Origin: Ptychomitrium polyphyllum
Lineage: Eukaryota
NCBI GenBank assembly: GCA_973851085.1
Contig: OZ316775.1
Span: 5,208,001-5,272,000 of the forward strand
Direction: 5' to 3'
DNA length: 64,000 nt
Under the pieces are notes generated by a model, which saw only the letters and a list, made by a program, of their open reading frames with translations, was not told the DNA's origin and ran no database searches. The translations under genes and the position numbers were made by a program. This document shows, one piece after another, positions 26,501 to 42,016 of the stretch. Within the stretch, counting starts at the first letter, position 1. Each line of letters begins with the position of its first letter.

Positions 26501-29500
26501 ATGAATAAGAAAACAAAATAGTCTTGATAATAAAGCAATGTCTCCTAATTGTGTATATACTTTTGTAGCATGCATATAATCCAAGTTCATAAAATTTTAA
26601 TTCTTTTTAGAATTTTGATTTGTTTTCTATGAGTTCTAAACCAAAATCTTGTATTTAGATCTTTATTATTATTGCATTTCAATATCAATAAAAATATTGC
26701 CTTAATTTTTATCATTGACTTCTAAATCATCTAAATCATCAAAATCAACGTGGAAAGATAAAGAATAAAAGCAAGTTTTTGCATTCCAAATAAAATGTAT
26801 TGAAAATACGTTAAATGTACTCAAAGCAATTCAAAAGGATTATTATTTAAAATACTATATAACATCAATCTTATTTTTGGTTTAGTGTTAATATTCCAAG
26901 TAAATATATAAATGCTTTGTATACAAAATCATAATTTAGTAGTTTGATATTTATATTTATGTTAGATTTTGGAATATATCATAACATGTTATATAAATTG
27001 AGCAAAAGCAACAATAATATTTTTATACCATGACAAGGTCTTTTACGTGTTTTTTTTTACAAAAAAAAATATGTTTTTTAATGCATAGAGGTGAATATTT
27101 CATAGCATTTGTAAACAAAGGTTTGAACTACCATTTGAATGAACAATTTAAAAGTGGTAATTAATCATACTTGATAGTAATATGAGATTTTGGAACTTTG
27201 AATAATGAATGTAATATTAATATGTGGATTTAAGAACTTCGATTGCATAAAAATCTTAATGGATTCAATTTTCAAATAAATCAGCTATTCCATTGTTTAT
27301 AATTTTTATATTATGTGAAATTAGAAATTTTACAAAAACAGTAAATGCATCATATAATTGGATAAAAGAACTTTCATATCTTTAACAATGATATTATACA
27401 TACAAATTATCTAAAAAAATTGGAATTATTTCATGATTCACTTCTATATTGACATAATATGAATGTATTTGTTACTATGATGAGAAGCCATTTTAGTATT
27501 AATAATGATTAATCTTAAATTTTTTCTATCATTAATATGGAAGCAATCATTAGTTTTTGTTTGTAAAAAAATATGTATTGTATTTTCATTTTTATTTTTA
27601 TTAGTATTAAATGAAATCGAAAATTTAAATAAAGATGATATAAAAGTATTGATAAAATATTAATTCTACTAATGTACAAATGAATTTACGGTATTGTGGT
27701 ATTGTGGTATTGTGGCTGGACCATGATAATAAAGTTTGATAGTTTTACTTTTTGAGATATAAAAAAATGCTGATTAATATTCTTTTTCAAAATGAAGTTG
27801 ATATGAAAGCAAATACTTCTTTTAATCTTAAAATTCCATTATTTTTTTGTGATTTAAAAAAAAATTCAAAAATTTTGTTTCTATTAAAATTGCAAGTAAG
27901 CGTGAAAATTAGAAATGAATTAAAAATATTTTTTGGAAGATTTAAGCTTTAAGCAAGAAGTTAAAAATCACTAATCTTTATTTTATGGTTTAATCAAGAA
28001 TGTTTTAAAACATGGATTTTATATTATATTTAAAATTTGAAAAGAAAAGAATTTCTTAAGTTGCTTCCTACATATTCTTATTTTTAATGTACTAACAACA
28101 AATTACTTAATACTATGCTATTAAATTATATTAAATTTTTTCCATACTCGTTGAAAATTGAATTTTAATATGAAATTGTATTGAATACTTTTTCTAAGTG
28201 TAAAAATTAGACTTTATTGAGCATAATTAAAAAACATGATATGCATTAGTTTGAAAATTTCTAATTGTAGTATATTCATATTACATGATAAATTGATGTT
28301 CATGTCTTTCGGCATTTTGGAAAAAATAATATGTAACATATTACAAATGGTTACATAAAATGTTATAATGCCTTGTTGTTTTAAAAACCATATTATTTTG
28401 CATGTATTACTGAGAATTTAAACCATTTTCAACAAATATATCAAAATGTAGAAAAATGTGTATTTAGTTATATAGAGTTGATGCTTAAAAGTATTATCAT
28501 TGGAAATACTTTAAAAATCTTGTAAAGTAAAAATAAAGTATTCATTATTTAAATAATAGGTGAAGAAATTACATCCATTGCAAGTATTATCAAAATATAG
28601 AATTTAAAGATTATTGTCAAAACTTTGGAATTGAATGAAACTTATTATATTTGTTGAGTTGGTTCTACTCAATTCCAAAATTTTGAAAATATCCCTCAAA
28701 TTTCATACTATGATATGCTCGTAAAGAATGGAATTTACACATTTAATAACCAAATGTGAATTTTTTGGTACTTGTTTCATGTAATTCTAAAAGTGCTTCT
28801 TATGATAGTATTTTTAGGTATTAAATCCATGCATTCAAATAAATATTTTTACATTTTGGTATAGGCGTTTGAAATCTTTAACATTGAGCTATTACAAAAT
28901 AAATACTAGCATAGAATAATAGTCATTAATAGAATAATAGTCATTAATAAATAAGCTATCATATATTCATAAAAAATGAGCTACAATTTAAAGGAAATTA
29001 TTGCAAAAAATTAAAAAATCAAGTAACAAAAAAATACAATATGCAATTTATTTAGATAATGTAAATTGTAAATTCAAGAAAATAATTACTACTGATTTTA
29101 TAAATATTTAAACACATTAATACACAATTTAAAAAGCTCTAGAAAAACATGGACTTTACTTTTTTCCACACAACCAATGATGACATATTTAAAGAAAGCA
29201 AGGTTATGAAGCGAGGAGGAGAACTAAGATGGAACTATTTTGAAAGATATTACTAATCCACAAAAATCTTTGTAATCTCAAAATTCTATATAGGGCAACA
29301 ACCATTGAAAGGCCAAAAATTAAAAAAAAAGTAGATTATTAATTGTAAATGATGTCAATAATTTAAAAAAAATTAATAGATATTAGTTTTATTTGAATGT
29401 TCAAATAAAAAATAAATAGTAGCAATAAAATACAATCATGACAAATAAACAATTTATCCTATATTGTGTATATTGCAAAATACTAAAAAAATCAATTCCT

Positions 29501-30600
29501 TCAATAAAATAACTTCTTATTCCATTATATCAAAAAATAATATGAATCATATTAATTTTGCATAAAGCATATAATACAGATGATAAATTAATATTAAGTC
29601 TTTACAAATCTTTCTATGTATAATTAGATTATCAAATATTAGTTTTTTGTATGGAATCAATTCCTTTGATGCTTTATGACATTTTGGTTAAAAAATACTT
29701 CAATCTTCACTCCAAAATTTTAGTTTATTTTAATTTCATAATATTTTCTATTATTATAAATTTTTTTACTATATAACCATATATGATATAAAAAATTATA
29801 AACTATAGATGAATTTATTTATACTATTCCATACAAAAGAATTTATATGCTTTTAGATTAGAACATGCAAGCTGATGTCAAATTTCATATAGGTTATTTT
29901 TGTTAATTGTTTTATATATGTTGTTTCAAATGATTATTCTAATTATGTCCTTGTTATTAAAATTTTCATACATATCATTGTTACTAATCACTAAAATCAT
30001 GTCTGTTTTATTGGTTGTTGAAGACACATCTTTTTTCAATGATTATTAAAAACTTTTGATTTGTTATTCAATTCATCCTTATCATTCATATCATTTATAT
30101 TCACCAATATTAAGGATAAATTCATTTAATTATAGAAGAATATATTTAATTAGTAATTTAAATAATTTAGCTTTTTTTTGTAAACAATGTCTGTATTTTA
30201 TAATAATTTGTTTTAATAAGGCTAGAGTTTTGAGACAAGAACATGTTTTATACAAAATAATAAAATTTCTTAATTTTTTTTAATATCTTGCAACCAAAAT
30301 CTGCAATTCATAAATCAATTAGAAATGGAAGAGAGAAGAGTAAGTATTGCAACATGGTACATATTTGCTAGTTTTATCTTCAAAAATATTAATTAAAATG
30401 TGCACCTAAGATTGCATGAGGATCAATAGTTCCTTTTCTTTGTTTTTCTTTCCAATTTAAAGTGCAGTAGAACTATTCTTGCTTGGATGAATTGTCATAC
30501 TATGTACTATCTTAATTGAAACACCATGAGAACTATTGATTGAAATTTGTAAAAAAGTTAATGTTGCAATTTCCAAAAAATATCCAATTTCAATAATCAA
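23560..30600. mobile_element. Very AT-rich block, probably decayed transposon remnants
   Basis: Composition, absence of real ORFs, short tandem repeats (ggtattgt x3 at ~27689; 18-bp x2 at ~28910) and a copy of the 16.3-kb repeat. Confidence 0.5.
24696..25059 (+). repeat. 364-bp dispersed direct repeat, copy 2
   Basis: Near-identical to 16305-16668. Confidence 0.95.
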
Positions 30601-31706
30601 AGTTCAGAACCAGCCCCTCATTGATGATTTCGTCTATAAAAGAGTGCATGTTTAGGTAGGAGCCCCTAAATACATTCAATTCACATTCCTACTTTCTACG
30701 TGCATACATTTGACATTCTTAATTCCAACAACGTTTCAGCATGTCAACCACTTGTGGATAAGCAAGGGAAGTCTACAACTTCTTAATTAATTAGAAGTGA
30801 GGGCTCCTGCCTTCGAAACAAACATCACACAAAGTTCAACAAAAGTACCAATTTCAAATGCTGGAATGTACAACTTAGAGGCTGGAGTGGACAACAAGCA
30901 AAACTGGATCTACAAACTCCATAGATGTTCAACACAATCGTAATGCTGGAGGCACTTTTGAGAGCAAACAGTACAATTGATGACATCTTCAACAACCAGT
31001 AAAACTAGTCCAACACTTACACAATCATTAAGCAACTTCCACTCTTCACTAGTAATTGAACCCAGTTCTCGTTTGAACACCAGCTTGCCACCCACGTCAA
31101 TGTTCGTCAATGCATTGTTGAATTCATATAGTGTCTTTTCGCTCTCAGAAGTTGCACCCGAAGGAACTCCTGCAGCCTTGGCCCCCACTGCAATTGTTAT
31201 CCTATAGTTTCCAAATCATTTACTAAAATATTTCTGTCCCTACCCCTCATAACATTATTTAGGAATAAAGCTAGAATCAAATGGCTAAGCCGCCTTATTC
31301 CCTCGTAGTATAACTAAAGGATGAAGTTTTAATTCCTCTAGAATGTAAAGTTCACGCATGCAACTCTTAGTGACCCCTCTAATCACTCCTTTTTTCATGA
31401 AATAATTGAGAAAGTTAGTGAACCAAACAATCAACCAAGGTGCCTTCATGTATTCACTTTCACATGCCCACACTATTATACGTTGTTTACTCTCCATTGT
31501 CCGCATTACAAAACTACTAAAAACAGTTAAGTCAAAAGTAACCCTCTGGCCTTCTATAGAAAACTCAACTTGCACAATCACACCAACGCTAGTGACAGGG
31601 CAGCTTAGAGTTCTGCAGATCTGATTGCATTCTACTATGTTGTCCTTGTGCTAGGATTCTGTGCTTCGTTGCAGTTGCAAACGTTCAAAAATTTGAGTGC
31701 GAAGAG

Positions 31707-33709
<2,003 letters not shown>

Positions 33710-33779
33710 GGATTAATAAACAGAGATAATCTCTCTGGGTCGTCATGAATTTTGATAGTACTATCTTTCATATCCTTCG

Positions 33780-34560
33780 ATATATAAGTTAGTTTTAGCA
33801 ATCTAACATACATGTATATATAAATTTAATTTAATTTTTAAAAACTAATAATTTTTTTTGTACTAAGCATCAAAAAGCATTAGTCTAAAAAAAGCTATGC
33901 TTTTTCTTGTTTTGGCTCTTTGTGTCAAATTAGCAATGTATTTCCACATACCATTTTTGCAATTATGCATGTTCTCTTAATTCACTTCATCATGCTATAT
34001 TTTTTTCATTTAAAGAGGTTTGAATCAAATTTGTAAAAAACAACCTTGGCCCCATCCAATTGTAAGCTATGCTATAGACAATGCTATCTAGTTAAAGCTC
34101 TAGCTGAGGATGCGCCACCAATCTAGTTCTAATATTTACTTTTGTAAATATTGAGTTGCAATTTAAAGTAACTTTTAATAGAAATAGCCATGATTTGAAA
34201 AAAAAATTGCAATATTTTGATAAAACAATTTATATAAAGAAGGCCCATGCGCTCTTTGACCTTATCATTTATAAATAAATAGGTTAATGTTTCATAAGTC
34301 AAATAGTCAATAAATTATTTAGAAAAAATCTACATTGTTTCAAAAGAAAACATAATCATCTACTCTTTATGAGATTTTAGGTGTCAAAGTGTGGATTTCA
34401 TATTTTTGACACAAAAAAGGGACAAGTGCTATTTCCAAAATACACAATTATTTTGTAAATATCAAAAGGCAAATTTAAGGGTTGCATAACAGACAGTAAA
34501 CATGAAAATTCAATATAATTTCTTGTATCTTTTTGTTAAATTTTATGTACATACTCTTTG
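33780..34560. other. AT-rich insertion between the AKR gene and its duplicated exons
   Basis: Sharp AT enrichment; no termini recognised. Confidence 0.4.
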
Positions 34561-35203
34561 TTGCACATGTTGTGCACGAATGGTGTCTGATACTGCCTCT
34601 AGAGCAACCATAATTTCTTAGATTAGGGGTTGCTCTGATCTCTTCACATCAGGGACTCATATTCTTGCAACTAGTAAACGTTAAAAACTTGGATATGTCA
34701 AAAACTATATCGGCAATACAAGTTTGTCGAGATCAGGTTGTCGTGTAGTTCAGTGTTACGTGCATTGATCAACTACTTGTCAACGACCGAGCCTTGCCAA
34801 AACCGGGGCGTGAACATGCTTTCCCGACAACTGATAGACTGATTTACTACCAGTTAGTAGATACACGAGAATTGTATGTTCCCTTTTAACCCGAAGCGTT
34901 ATGTTATATTCCTCTTGAAGTTTGCTCTATCAGTACACTGGGTATTCTGTTTAATAAGCAGGACGTGATAAGAGTATTTGCATAGTTCACTTTTTGCCGG
35001 TCCTCTCTCAGTTTCCCATAGTTCACCTGATGCACGACCTTCGATCATATTCAGAGTCGCTGTCTTAAACATTGTCGGACAGGTCTCTGACGGATGGCCA
35101 GGTGCGGATATGAATTGGTCTTCCATGATTCTGTTTAGAACTGCTCGCGTCCTGTAAACGACATCCTGACCTATGGGCATGTGAACTTACACGGTATGTT
35201 TAG

Positions 35204-35823
35204 ATTCTACTGAGGTTCAAGGGCGAGAATCTAGCGAAGAATGTACAAATTCGTCCTCGGGTGGAAGAGATTGCGGCGGCAAAGAAGTGCACTTTGAACC
35301 AGCTTGCATTGGCGTGGGTCCAACACGAGGGAAAAGACATCGTTCCAATTCCAGGTATAGATGTAGAATGCTCCACAGTTGGATTGATTCGTGTTCCTTT
35401 GCAGCGTAGATCTAAGAGTATACCTGTCGACGGATCAATATGTTCAAGCATGTGGTTGAGAATAATCGAAGTGACATCATGTGCTCTACTGTGTTAAGCT
35501 ATAGTTAATTCGTCACTCTATCCTCTCAACATTAGTATCAAGCGCACACCTTATCTGCATTCTTTCACTATTTAAGTATTACAGTCATACTTAAGTCGAC
35601 GAGGATTCCTTGTTATGTTTCAGGAACAACGAAGATCGTCAATTTGGACTCAAACATAGACTCGCTGGCCGTTTTACTGACAAAGGAAGAGATGGAGCAG
35701 CTTGAAGCCGCCGTGCCTATCGCCGAGATATCTGGGGAACGTTATATGGAGGGTGGTATGGTACAAACCTGGCGTTATGTAGGCAGTCCTCTTATTGAAT
35801 CTAGGAAATCAACCTCTGCGTAA
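35204..35823 (+). pseudogene. Duplicate of AKR exons 5 and 6 (5'-truncated paralog or alternative terminal exon pair)
   Basis: Exon 35204-35354 (151 bp, ILLRFKGENLAKNVQ...IVPIPG) and exon 35624-35823 (200 bp, GTTKIVNLDSNIDSL...KSTSA*). Both have the same lengths and phases as 33110-33260 and 33510-33709, with AG/GT sites kept and no stops. No exon 1-4 homology was seen upstream. Confidence 0.85.
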
Positions 35824-36545
35824 TGGTGAGTTGCTGGACATCATTTCTTCTGGGTCGTGGTAAATACTTACATCAGTACTTCTGGAACATTCCCTTGCTC
35901 TCCTTAAAAGTTTATGTGCTCAGAACTCGGGATCCAGCTCGGTAACAGTCAGTACAGATCACTTATAAACCAACATGTATTGGAGTTGAGTTTTTGCCCC
36001 TGAATCGATTTGCAGATTTTCGGAGACTAAGCAGGAGGCTTAGAAAAAATCCTATTAGGATGAACTTGAAACATGTATATCATTACAGTGACTTGATCTT
36101 ACTTGCACTGAAGTGAATTGGCCTACGACATCACACGTCCTTTTGTTCTTATTTATCTACGTGCTCTTTGTGACATATATGGTCCAAGATTGTTGTCTTC
36201 GCTCTGTGATACTGACCCTGGCTTGACTAGAAATCTCAGATTAAAGTATGCTTTGATCTTCCCGCATAAGAGATCTACTTGCAATTTCTAAATATCTGAA
36301 CTTGATTAGAGGTGTCAGTGGTATTTTGTGTTAACCTGTAGGCAAGTTAAGAGAAGAACGCACTGTGATCTAGAACGCCCATCTAGAATGCTGTCTGGAA
36401 TGCTCATCTTTTAAAGTATTCACCATGAGCTAGATTCAACTTTATTGTATCAGATCAATCATTGAGAAACTCACAAAAAATGGAATAAGACTATAAACTT
36501 ACTTACAATGGAAGGAAAGTAAATGCAGAGGATTTTGCGTTCGCA

Positions 36546-39500
36546 TCACTGACTTTGTTGAATCGCACAAATTGGAACCTGTGCATCTGGCAAAACTACG
36601 AAGACAATAGAGAGAGGCGCAACTGAGACAGGGGAAGAGTTCTCCTTCACAATTGGATCCAGAGAGGGGAGATCCCCAGACAATGATATCCCAAGAGGTA
36701 GTCCATTTAGCAAAACAGTTTGACTATGGAGGTCATCATATGGAGCCGATAAATGATATTCGGATCTTGTCAAGGAGAGTTTCGAGATCTTGAATTTTTT
36801 TGGTATGAGTTGATGCTTGGATATCTTCTTGCCGAGTGACATTGGTTCATCCTTTGGGTGTGATAACAGGTTGACAGCCACGTTCACCGTGGAATTTGAT
36901 AGGTTGATCAGTAATATTGTAAGGCCACCCTGCAGGAATGGACATGTGCTGATTAGATCATATTGAATCAACAAAAAGACGAAGATCAGCGAAGAACTTT
37001 GCTGAAGCAGAAAGAACCTCAGTTGTTAAAATCCCTTGCTGAAAGATTAAGATATTCTCTCGTGCGTAGGGTGGTGTCAAATTCTTTCAAGTTCATCTGA
37101 TCATGTGAAGGATTTGGAGCTATTTTTTCTCTGTTAAACACTTGCAGTATCACTTTTTTGTCTGCGAACATCATCTGCGACCAAAATGGGACTCTGTGTG
37201 GCTCAAACATCATGCACAAATCACATTGTGCCTTTTCCATACCGTAATGGTGCCTTGCTGACAATGCGTATACGTTCTCAATTGCGGGTATCCCTCTAGT
37301 GTTGTCGCCAACACTCTCGTCCCCATCAGACGCTTCCATAGGAGAGCACTGCGGTCATTTTGCCTAAACCTGTCAGAAACTAACCGAGAACTCGAATGCC
37401 GAATCCGCAAATATTTAGAAGAATAGTAGCAAAAGGACTGCCAATCAAAAATGAACCACTAATATTTTACAATGAGCATAGATTTCTCAATGATAGTCGA
37501 CCTCTGTCTATGAGATGGTAATGCAGGAGCTAATCGACTACATCTACTACAGTATCGTCTACTTTAGAAAAAAATCATTATTCATTCAACAATTAGAAAG
37601 GGAGTATATCATACCTATACATATCTGGGTTGGGATGGAAAGTTGTGGTGTTAAGCAGGCCATAGTTGCCGCCAATTAGAGTTTGACGGCAGAAGGCCTT
37701 GTTATTGAAGGACGCAGCCAAACCTAATTGATCCAAATACCTGCTCAGCACAATGCATCTCATATGCAGTGTGAGGATGAGAATTCTGAAACCCGAGCAA
37801 TCCTTAGCTAAAGGAACACGTATTAAGCATAACTGGTCACCAAGGGAGTATGCAACAAGATTCGTAGAACGAAAACCATTTTCATTTCAAGGACCATCTT
37901 GGACCACCCGAGGAACTAAGAATCTGAAATAAGATTTTCCCAGGAAAATCAAATCCAAAAGTCTGTTTGATTTCTTCATAAGAGTGCATGCTGTTTACAA
38001 TTTAGCAATTAGTCCTATTCAGAAATGAAACATCGAGTACTTGAGTGTTGTACTAACCAGAAGCTCATAACAAAAGCATCAGTTACAAGATGGTGGCCGC
38101 TATTATAGGCTCCACCTGCTTCACCCACCCAGGCTGATGATGACGGAGTCGTGTTTTTGAGAATATCCTGAACTGCATGATAGTTACCCTTTTCATTGTC
38201 CAAGTATTGAGGATTGAGTATCTTTTCCACCAGATCAGTACTTACTCCTGCGTTGAGAGGCCACAGTTGGATTGATGTGTAGAATTTGAGAATGGCAAAC
38301 TGAATTTTCAGGGTCACCAGGACCCCGAGTGTAATCTGAACATAATCTGAGCATCTCAGAATAACATTGACGTAACTTATCTGCTGTGATTATAAATACA
38401 AAAAATAATTCTAAACTGAGAAAATCCTAAGAAGCTGCTTGAGTCCTTCAATTCTTGCAAGAGAACAAACCTGGCCCAAGATTATATATATGCCGCGTAA
38501 CTACGTCCAAAACACCAGGGCCTGAAGCAGTGATAAATGCAGTAATCCACTGACGATCGAAGAATCCATCAGGTGCAACTAGCAATGGCCGTTGATTAAA
38601 ACCTTCGTAAACAGTCTCTATCATCAGGCGAAGCTCGCTCATATCTTGTGCATACTGCTGAGCTGAGATGCTAGTCCCAACACCACTTCCACTCAGCTCG
38701 TTTCCTGCAATTATAACTCCATTCCTGAATGACTTTACATCGACACTTTTACAAAGACAGAAACTACTTGCTCACGCCCAAGGCTCAACAAAGTTCATGA
38801 TTCGAAACACATCTGCTCACATCTAAATGGCAAGAGGAATTTGCAAACTGGGTACTTCCAAAGCAGTTGATTACCCAATTCCCATGCCTCTATTTGGATG
38901 CCTTGCTCAACTGTAAAATCGATGAGGGCCCGTGCGTTAGAGGAATCCCAAGCACCCCAGCCCCCTCCTATTTGTTGGCGATTGTATAAAGCATTTAATC
39001 CAAAAGCGACCAGACATCTGGAAAGGTGCCAAAAACAATTCCAAAACTCCTCAGGAAACTTGACAATCACTAAATAGACTTAAAGATTACCGTTCTCAAA
39101 ACTGGAATAAGGAACCATTTCATTCCTGATCTTGACATAATCATTCCAAGCCAAATCACCCAAGAAAAATCAGTTGGATTTATTACGACAATACATAGCC
39201 CTCCGAATCAATTACGTTTAGTCATACCCAGTTTTGGCGAACAACGAATTGAGAGCAACCCATCGATCCATGGACAAACACCCTTCCCGAAATCCAAACA
39301 TGTACGTCTCGTCTTTCACTATGGGCAGGCACGACTGCCCAGGGCTCAATCCTATGTCGTAAACAATGTGATCTTGCAGGGTACCTCCAAGTCGGATCCG
39401 GAAGGGATATAATGCTGTGTTCTCAAATCATCAGAACAAGACCACCAAGGCAGGTTCGTCAAACTTGCAAACGTGCAGCCATATAAAGTAGATGCAAAAG

Positions 39501-40592
39501 GAAACAAAGCAAAATATAGACGTTACTTCGTCAGAAACGCTACTGCATTCCGAAACGTCTGGCTCTGCACAAACTTCTAAGGATAGGAAAACCCTTCCCT
39601 CGGAAATCAGCTTGCAGAAACCAATGAAAATTACAGAACGGAAATGAGATGTCTTACCTTTGAGAGACTTCTCAAGCAACGGATTAGTAAGATCCTGCAC
39701 AACCATTGATAGAAAAAGTATTACATGATATCTGCCGACATGATATACTACTTCTAAACATGCATTTTGCAATCTGTTTCAGTCCCCTTTAAAAACATAA
39801 GTCGCTAGACACTGGAAGCCCTGCCGCCTAAAGGTCAAAAAGAAGCAAGCCCATAAATAATACGAGACTATGCCCGTTCCAGTGTTGGAAGATTTTAGGT
39901 CTTAAGATACACAAATAGGTGGACGAACTAGAGGAGGACAGCGACATCTAGTACCTATCTAATATTGTCTTTAACGTAGCCTTAATGAACTCATTTTGAG
40001 CGTCATCAAGTCGGTTTTAGAGGCCACAAAAATGCCACATTTTCTCTAGCAAATCATTAAATGGAGCTCAAGGTCGACCGTGGAATCGGTTTCAAATGTG
40101 AGTAAGTAAATGAGCTTCACCTAGTAGAAAGGTCTAATGTTATCGCTTACAAGCAATAATAGACATTCTATTGCCATAAGAGGGCATAATATAAAAGCTC
40201 TTCTTGGCTTAATAAGAGAGCTTAAAAGTTCACGTAAATAGCAGTAGCAGCAGGAAAATACATTTACACAAGGTTAGTCAATAGAAGATTACAGTGAATA
40301 GGCGAGAAGGGTTGAAGAGGCTAGGCTTTAAATTTTGACTCACGAGGTTAAGAAGCGAGGCATGATCCCAGGCACAAGTTCCGTAGTCGCATTTCTCAGG
40401 CGGCCACCAGTCCAACGTTGCACACACAAATGCCTCGTCAGTAGTAGCCAGGATAGCGCTACCGTCCACTTCAACCAGCAGTATATCGTCAGCGACTTTC
40501 GCACACAAATTCGTGATATTAGAACACAAAGTTGAGGCGGATGCTGACAGGAGCATCGACATGACGAGCAGCCATAGAATCAGCCTTGCCAT
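36546..40592 (-). CDS. Heparanase-like / glycoside hydrolase family 79 (beta-glucuronidase), 9 exons
   Basis: Exons 40592-40344, 39694-39658, 39414-39228, 39017-38875, 38704-38471, 38247-38058, 37740-37615, 37348-37243, 36929-36546. Signal peptide; FVCATLDWWPPEKCDYG; IRLGGTLQD; WELGNEL (acid/base Glu); AWVGEAGGAYNSG (nucleophile Glu); RQTLIGGNYGLL. Confidence 0.95.
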
Positions 40593-41119
40593 AGCCAAGT
40601 CCTTCTGCTTCTCCAGCCTCCTCACTACAGCTATGCGTGCTCACGACCACATTTATTGACCACAGTACTGATTATCGAGCCTAACAAGTTCACTACACTA
40701 ACAACTGCCTTGCGACCATCCTCCCCTCTCTCTCTCCCTCTAAGCACAACGCTTAATCCTTCAACAGATTATTTCGCGATCAATTTTACCTACCATAAAC
40801 TATCATTATTGTCATGAAAAATGCGTCACTACAATAGCCGGAAAAATGATTTACTTTCAAGCAGAATAACCTCGTCTCTATTCGCGCATCCCTTGAGTTT
40901 ATCTCCTCCGCAAAACTACGAACGACGCCGATAGACAACAACAAAGAAGCGCATTGAGCTCTAATCCTGAAACTCACGCCGACCTGTTGAGACGCCGTGG
41001 CCAAAGTCTCCTAATTAAGTAACCAGAAGAAACCAGAGGCAGGCTGCAACGAAGCAACCTATTCAACAAGAAATTTCAGAAGGAGTGCGTGTGACTGGAA
41101 AGCAAGCCTCGCCTCCGAG

Positions 41120-41590
41120 ATAACTCCATTTCCGTGACAAAACGAGATGCGGCACCGCCAGGTTTAAGAAAGACGTGCACATAGACCGAAACAATCAGCT
41201 AAATTGGAGCTGTTAAAACGAAAAACGAGCCTCTCCTCACTACCAGAAAGCTCCGTTTTCGCGACTGAAAAGGAGCCAGCGCACTGCCAGGGTTTAAAAA
41301 ACAAGCTGGATACAGACAGAAGCAATACTAAACTGGAGTAGCTAAGGCGAGGTGGACGAAGAATCTGCAAGAGACAACAATTACAAATGCGCGCAGAAAC
41401 AGAGGATCAGAGCTCCTCTGAGATGACTTCGTTTCAGTGACTGAAAAGGACATAGCACACCGCCAGGTGTAAGAAAAGCGTGCACATAGACAGAAGCAAG
41501 CAACTAAACTGGAGCCGCTAAGGTGTGGTGAATGAAGAATATGCGAGAGAAAGCAACAAATGCGCAGAAATAGAGAAGCAGAGCTCCTCG
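41120..41590. repeat. Three diverged tandem copies of a ~130-180-bp unit upstream of the GH79 gene
   Basis: Anchor cac(c/t)gccagg at 41153, 41282 and 41458, each preceded by a gactgaaaagga-like segment and followed by a catagac..ctaaa(c/t)tggag-like segment. Confidence 0.8.
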
Positions 41591-42016
41591 AAAGGCTCAC
41601 AATGTAGTACTCTTGTCCAATTTTCGAGATAACCTCCTGAGTAACACCTTTGTATCAGAGGAGTATCGCGTGTAGTACCATATATATATCAATCGAAAGC
41701 ACTAAATGTCGTGAACTCCCCTTACGCAGAGGCAGAACTGCTTATAGGATTCACAGAGCAGTGCGAGCCCTATGACTGCAGGAAGAAGATGATCCTGTGA
41801 GCGCGAAGGCCTGAAGCACGGCCACATTGCTCTCTGCGGAAGTCTCCTGATGAGGGCCTGTTTCCATGTGCAGCCTGCCGTGCCAATGTGGGACTGAGTG
41901 GTCGACCTGAATGGTCTTTTCGTGTTGAATGTAATTGCCTTTGAATTGAGTATTCTAGAGGACAAAATGTATGCCTTACTTCAAAAGCTCACATATTGCA
42001 TGGATGTAAGTACATA

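Noticed and set aside
8600..30600. Short ORFs in the AT-rich blocks as genes or viral insertions
   Set aside because: Low-complexity I/L/F/K/N-rich translations typical of random AT-rich DNA; no recognisable viral or TE domains beyond a weak helicase-like hint.
41120..41590. CRISPR-like repeat-spacer array
   Set aside because: Eukaryotic context, long diverged units, homologous 'spacers' and no cas genes.
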